From the IMG/VR virus record IMGVR_UViG_2690316278_000005: a DNA stretch of 9,160 nucleotides; one strand, given 5' to 3'. The stretch is from a virus (lineage: Duplodnaviria > Heunggongvirae > Uroviricota > Caudoviricetes). Below, one piece after another: positions 8,452-9,160 of the stretch (the first letter of the stretch is position 1; the number at the start of each line of letters is the position of its first letter). Under the pieces are notes generated by a model. It was not told the DNA's origin. It made no database searches and worked only from the letters and a program-made list of their open reading frames with translations. A program made the translations under genes and the position numbers.

Positions 8452-8492
8452 GAAAGAAAACCCCGGTATCTGCTGATACCGGGGTTTCTCTT
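8452..8492. terminator. Bidirectional Rho-independent terminator
   Basis: Perfect 9-bp inverted repeat CCCCGGTAT (8461-8469), 6-nt loop CTGCTG, ATACCGGGG (8476-8484), extendable by A-T pairs. Flanked by TTTCTCTTT on the plus strand and by TTTTCTTTC on the minus strand (complement of GAAAGAAAA at 8452-8460). Confidence 0.6.
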
Positions 8493-8590
8493 TAGCATGG
8501 CAGAAATGTGTTTCATGCTTTTCGGGCGAAGGATATCCGACTTCTGTACGGAATGGCAAGTGGCGGTTAATTTATTCAGGGGAAGGCTGT

Positions 8591-9160
8591 ATGGGAAAAG
8601 GTGGCGGTAAGGCACACACGCCTCGTGAGGCGAAGGATAATCTCAAATCCACGCAGATGATGAGCGTGATTGATGCGATTGGTGAGGGACTGATAGAAGG
8701 TCCGGTGAAGGGACTGCAGAGTATCCTGGTGAACAAAACCCCGCTGACGGACACGGACGGTAATCCCGTGATACACGGTGTGACGGCGGTCTGACGCGCC
8801 GGGGAGCAGGAGCAGACACCACCGGAAGGCTTTGAGTCCTCCGGTGCTGAAACCGGACTGGGCGTGGAAGTGACGAAGGCAAAACCGGTGACGCGCACCA
8901 TTACGTCCGCGAACATTGACCGCCTGCGGGTTACCTTCGGGGTGCAGTCACTGGTGCAGACCACGTCAAAGGGTGACCGAAACCCGACATCCGTCCGCCT
9001 GCTGATTCAGTTACAGCGTAACGGTAACTGGGTGACAGAAAAGGATGTCACCATTAACGGCAAGACCACCTCGCAGTTTCTGGCGTCGGTGATTCTGGAT
9101 AATCTGCCTCCCCGTCCTTTTAACATCCGGATGGTCCGGGAGACAGCGGACAGCACCACG
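8591..9160 (+). pseudogene. J: Tail tip / host specificity protein J, 5' portion, interrupted by an in-frame TGA at 8792-8794 (codon 68); J homology continues in the same frame to the window end
   Basis: ATG at 8591 with SD GGGGAAGG upstream. MGKGGGKAHTPREAKDNLKSTQMMSVIDAIGEGLIEGPVKGLQSILVNKTPLTDTDGNPVIHGVTAV then TGA, then in frame RAGEQEQTPPEGFESSGAETGLGVEVTKAKPVTRTITSANIDRLRVTFGVQSLVQTTSKGDRNPTSVRLLIQLQRNGNWVTEKDVTINGKTTSQFLASVILDNLPPRPFNIRMVRETADSTT. This is collinear with lambda gpJ residues 1 to about 190; lambda has Phe at the TGA position. Confidence 0.75.

Noticed and set aside
8269-8610. 113-aa plus-strand ORF filling the I-J intergenic region
   Set aside because: It runs through both terminator hairpins and across the J ribosome-binding site and start, has no convincing ribosome-binding site of its own, and lies in AT-rich non-coding-looking sequence.
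8497-8610. 38-aa plus-strand ORF (MAEMCFMLFGRRISDFCTEWQVAVNLFRGRLYGKRWR) upstream of and overlapping the J start
   Set aside because: No ribosome-binding site, overlaps the J initiation region out of frame, and is more likely J leader sequence. A weak hairpin AGCATG/CATGCT at 8494-8519 was also noted but is too short and loopy to call.
8331-8615. 94-aa minus-strand ORF across the I-J region and the J start
   Set aside because: It spans the bidirectional terminator and the predicted minus-strand promoter and starts antisense to J; no ribosome-binding site. Structural signals explain the region better.
8792-8794. Selenocysteine or other dedicated recoding at the J TGA
   Set aside because: No recognisable SECIS-like hairpin immediately downstream and no precedent in J proteins that I know of; a nonsense mutation, sequencing error or low-level readthrough is more parsimonious.
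1-9160. CRISPR arrays, tRNA or rRNA genes, IS elements or integrase/att sites
   Set aside because: No regularly spaced direct repeats, no tRNA-like cloverleaf candidates and no transposase or integrase-like ORFs in the readable sequence; the window is internal to the tail operon.

Overview
This window is the tail-morphogenesis module of a lambda-like (lambdoid, siphovirus) phage or prophage, almost certainly from an enterobacterial host. All genes are on the + strand in canonical lambda order: FII (3' end), Z, U, V, G/G-T, H (tape measure), M, [L], K, I, then the 5' end of J. Identifications rest on my reading of the translated ORFs against remembered lambda protein sequences and on synteny; no database search was run. 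About 27% of the window is masked as N (1208-1239, 1366-1480, 1582-2083, 2290-2377, 3006-3339, 5825-7273), so the V 3' end, G 5' end, part of H, the M 3' end, all of L and the K 5' end cannot be read, and their coordinates are estimates. The one sizeable non-coding stretch is an AT-rich I-J intergenic region of 343 bp (8248-8590). It holds what looks like a self-contained minus-strand small-RNA unit: a near-consensus sigma70 promoter, about 95 nt of non-coding sequence and an intrinsic terminator, insulated upstream by a bidirectional terminator. This is the best candidate for something undescribed. Other points: J carries an in-frame TGA at codon 68 with clear J homology continuing after it; the G-T -1 slippery heptamer GGGAAAG is intact; and the reading frame shifts across the masked runs inside V and H.
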